A stretch of 64,000 bases of DNA, from NCBI GenBank assembly GCA_047967505.1, contig CM106538.1; one strand, 5' to 3'. Shown in pieces: positions 60,162 through 64,000 of the stretch. Both the position numbers and the translations under genes were made by a program. Within the stretch, counting starts at the first letter, position 1; the number at the start of each line of letters is the position of its first letter. Below the pieces are notes generated by a model. That model was not told the origin of the DNA, searched no databases, and saw only the letters and a list, made by a program, of their open reading frames with translations. This DNA is from Dipteris shenzhenensis (taxonomy: Eukaryota).

Positions 60162-60840
60162 CCTGACTACATCACATAGCTTTTGCCTTGCTACCTGTCA
60201 TTGAGTAGCTTCGCCATTTGTCACTGTGCAACACAATCTTTTGTTGTGTTGACCACCATGTTGGTTCGAGCAATGATGTTGGTATGGAGCGACCCAGCAT
60301 GTTGGACTGACTACATCACACAAATTTTGCGTTACCATTTGTCATTGCACAGCTTCACCATTTATTGCTACGCAACAAAATCTTTTGCTACGCTGACCAG
60401 CATGTTGGTTCGAGCAATGATGTTGGTATGGAGAGACCAGTCCCTAAAGGAAACCCCTCAAGGTCCATATCCGCAACCATCGTGCTGGTTGTTGGAGCTA
60501 TTTTAGTTCTAAACCAAGGAAAATATAGTCTTATTTTGGAGCTATTTTAGTCCGATTAGTCCTTGTGCAACAATTTCTCAACCATCGCACTGGCTCTTGA
60601 AGCTATTTTAGTTCCAAGCTAAGGAAAATATAGACATTTGCGATTTATGATAGTTTCCTTGCAACCACCATGCGGTTTATTGGAGTCATTATAGTTCTAA
60701 ACAAAGGAAAATATAATCCTATTTTGAAGCTATTTTAGTCCTACTATTCCTTGTGCAACAATTTCTGCTAGTTCTAGGAGCTATTTTAGTTCCAAGCTAA
60801 GGAAAATGTAGTCCTATTTTAGAGCTATTTTAGTCCTTCT
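60162..60840. repeat. Two tandem-repeat blocks (~145-bp duplication, then a GGAGCTATTTTAGT-core array)
   Basis: TGACTACATCACA..CATGTTGGTTCGAGCAATGATGTTGGTATGGAG twice (60162..60438). Multiple AGCTATTTTAGT / AAGGAAAATATAGTC units at 60490..60840. Confidence 0.8.
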
Positions 60841-62499
60841 ACAACAATTGCTTGTTCAACAATCACACTGCTTACCAAATTTGTACTTGCTATTAGAGAT
60901 TGAATGGCAAATATCCAATAGTCAAGATTCCTCAAGAGAAAATAGAGTGTATCTCCAAGAGGTGCAGAGAGCAACAGAAAGAGGATCTACAACCTCTTGA
61001 CCAAGTAGCACATGCAATATAGCATGACTCCATAATCGAGCAAGCCATCAACTAGGAAAACCTTAACCTAGCCTCACAACTAAGCATGCAATAGTGGTCA
61101 AAAGATAAGCCAAGAAGAGATGATGCCACTATGAAATGGGAAGTATCTTTTGAGAACTAAAGATCAACATAAGTAGTAGTAGCAGTGAATAATTGTTTTA
61201 GTTGGCACCCTACTATTGCACATCCTTTGCGAATCAATTTGCAAAAATGGCCACACCAACCACAAGAACAATAGATACCTTTGCTACAATTCCCATAATA
61301 GACACAATGGTGGTTTGTGGTATACAAGTGTAGCCTTGTAATCGGGTCATTGGTGAGGTTCAGGGAATTTTCTATATATAGGTATCTTGCATGACCCATA
61401 ACCTCAACGGAATTCGGCAAACTTTGTCTTCAAGTCTAGTACACATTCCAAACTTGGACATGAGATCAAAAAATAATGGAATAAGGATTTGGAATGAGAC
61501 CATTAAAGCAATACAAGTGCTATGTTGCATCTAAAGCATGCATCCTGAAGACTATAGGATATAGCAATTTATCCAAAACATCAAAATTTTCTTCTGCACA
61601 TACATGCAACCAAATAATCATTCAAAAGTACATTACGTGAGCTTCTCCTCAACCAAAGGACACACCTAAATGAGAATAGTAGGCATGGATTAATGGGCCT
61701 CCAATGTTGTGCTAAAATGATGCACACCCATTTGAGGGCACGCTTCATAACTTTTTTTTGATTTGTTGAAGACCAAAACAGATTGAAAATTTAGAACCCA
61801 AACTAGTGGGATACTTCATGGTGGTCTTAAAACATTGAGAATTGTTGGTATTGGTATCTAGATTCACCTTAAAATGGAAGAAGTTGAAAATGTGCAATTT
61901 GTGCACGTGCAAAGATCTTTTAATAAATCCAACACTATTTATAATTTTGAATTGTTGCCTTTTCTATGCACTTGCTTGCTAAATGGCTCATAAGCATGCG
62001 AAAGGTCATTGCATTTCATAATACAAAGCATCAAAACCGAAAGCGTGCCCTTTGGCCTATTTGTGTTTTGAAGCATTTAAGGCCATATTGCATGTTTAGG
62101 ATATCCAATTCTACTGACGTGTATTGTCGGAGGGGGGAAAACTGACAGCTGCAAATTTAGCTACTCCTGTGAATTTTGAATTTTCACACCTCCCACCCAT
62201 TAAATTTTGGAAGATTAAGTACCTATAACCTCCCCCCTTGTAAAGGCCTTGCAACCTGCACGTACCTCGACGTGACGTTGCAGAGACTTTGGTTTGACAT
62301 TGTCTTCTTTTGGGTAAGTTGTCTTCTATTCTTTGCTTGCCTCACCAAGCTTGTCCATGTGATAGAGAAATACAAAGAGGAATGACATATATGCCCCAAT
62401 GGCCCATTAGAAGTAAATACGTTGACCCCCTTTCGACGTGAATGCCATATACCATTGGTCTCCAAGTAAGGCAACCTGCTTGCTCCCTTCCTCACCCTA

Positions 62500-63655
62500 G
62501 CCTTTGAGCACCAATAGGATTTCTGTTGTACTAACTCTCCATGAGAAGAAAACAAGGAAGAAAAAATCTAGAGGTGAAGCACCAATGCCGATTATGTCTA
62601 CTCCTGTAAGGACAAAGGAAAAGTGAGCTTGTTAAAGGCTGGCACCAAGAAGAAGAAAGGAAAGTGTCATTATAGCCACAAGCTTGGGCACTACATTGGT
62701 GAGTGTCAAAAGAGACTTGAAAGCTAAAAGTAAATAAAGACTCTACAAGCTTTACTACTACCAATAATGATAAGAAGAAACAAACATAAGAAAATACAAA
62801 TCTAGTTTAAGATGTGTGGGCTTCGTTATTGCTATGGAGGAATGCTAGATACCAATGAGTAATGTGGGAATAAAATGTGCTAGGTCTTTTGTTGAACTAG
62901 CATTCTGGAAAAATGTTGTAAGTGTGCTCAGGTGTGAAAAGTGAGTGATAGTGGGATATATATAGATAGCGATATTGATGTAGGCAGTGATGTAGTTAGA
63001 CATGATCAAGCAATGGTATGCTACACCATTGTAAAGATTACATAAGGCTCAAGTTGATAATAATCAAATATTCCTTTTGTGTTCTCTTAATGACATCTTG
63101 TTGATCCTTATCTCATTGAGTTGATCCCTAAGTTCTCCTCTTCTTTCACTATATTTAAAATTCATAAACATCTCATCTAGATGCAACTACACGAGTCCTT
63201 AGGTATCTTCATGGTCAATGGATTTATGGATTTAGATATGCCAGATTCATGGACTTGTAACTCTATGGTTTTACTAAAGTAGATTGGGTGGTATGACAAA
63301 AGGTGTAGAAATGATTTCTTCTTTAGCCTTGTGTCAGTAGACTTACATGGCAAATCAAGAATCAGCCCCTAGTTCCTTTAACATCTACTAAAGTGGCCTA
63401 CTACACTCTATTCTGATAACATAAGTAGCATTCAATTGGTAAAGAACCCAACTTTTATGCTAGAAAAAAGCATTTTAAAATGTGTTTTCACTTTTTCCAT
63501 GAGAAAGTTTTTAGTGATGATATTGATCTTGTTCACATTCCAACACAAGGAGAAGTTATAGATATCTTCACCAAACCACTCTCCCTTGGCAAATATAGCT
63601 ACGTTCATCAAGCTTAGTATCCTCTAAATCCACATACAGCTCAAGAGAGGGAAGT
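62500..63655 (+). mobile_element. Highly degenerate Ty1/copia remnant
   Basis: Gag knuckle-like KGKCHYSHKLGHYIGECQK. RNase H-like NISSIQLVKNPTF..FHFFHEKV..IDLVHIPTQ..DIFTKPL. PPT-like AAGAGAGGGAAG at about 63643. Confidence 0.65.
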
Positions 63656-64000
63656 AAGGGTTAAGTTATATGTACTCTTTCTCTTGCATTCTTTGCACTT
63701 TGTATACATTTTTTGATTTTTTTCCCGCTATCACCATGCAACTTTTAAAAAACCAAAAAATATTAATTATGAATCACCCTTTTCTTATACAACTAAATTT
63801 AAGAGGGGGTGTTCATGATGGTGTAATTTTGCAACATAGAAATAGGGTTCATTGGATGAACCTTAACTCTAACTCTAAGGAGAGAACATGCACACATTTT
63901 AGTAATACATGTGGTGTATGGTTAGTAATCTTGTGCACTCCTCTCTCTCTCTCTCTCTCTTTCTCTCCAACATGATCCATAAGTCAAATGTGATGAGAAG

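Noticed and set aside
60490-60840. Second repeat-spacer-like array
   Set aside because: Degenerate tandem repeat whose intervening segments are themselves related. Not CRISPR.

Overview
Eukaryotic land-plant genomic DNA. The large introns, repeat content and protein motifs suggest a fern or other seed-free plant, but this is inference. The window holds one clearly intact host gene: a class III HD-Zip (C3HDZ; HD-bZIP-START-SAD-MEKHLA) transcription factor on the + strand, 19904..54633. I reconstructed it by hand as 18 exons, 2556 nt of CDS and 851 aa, with the spliced miR165/166 target site and one GC-AG intron. Introns 7 (19,550 nt) and 11 (10,272 nt) are packed with transposons. Intron 7 carries a nested cluster in which every element has an intact target-site duplication. 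A very young, fully coding Ty3/gypsy chromovirus (310-bp LTRs differing at one base, antisense to the gene) and a solo LTR both inserted into an older, internally deleted chromovirus. The flanks are decayed Ty3/gypsy, Ty1/copia and LINE remnants, a hAT-type MITE, tandem repeats and microsatellites. There are no prokaryotic features, RNA genes or CRISPR arrays. I found no convincingly new biological system. The best leads are the young intronic chromovirus, a variant miR166 site and a uORF-laden 5' leader on a divergent C3HDZ paralogue.
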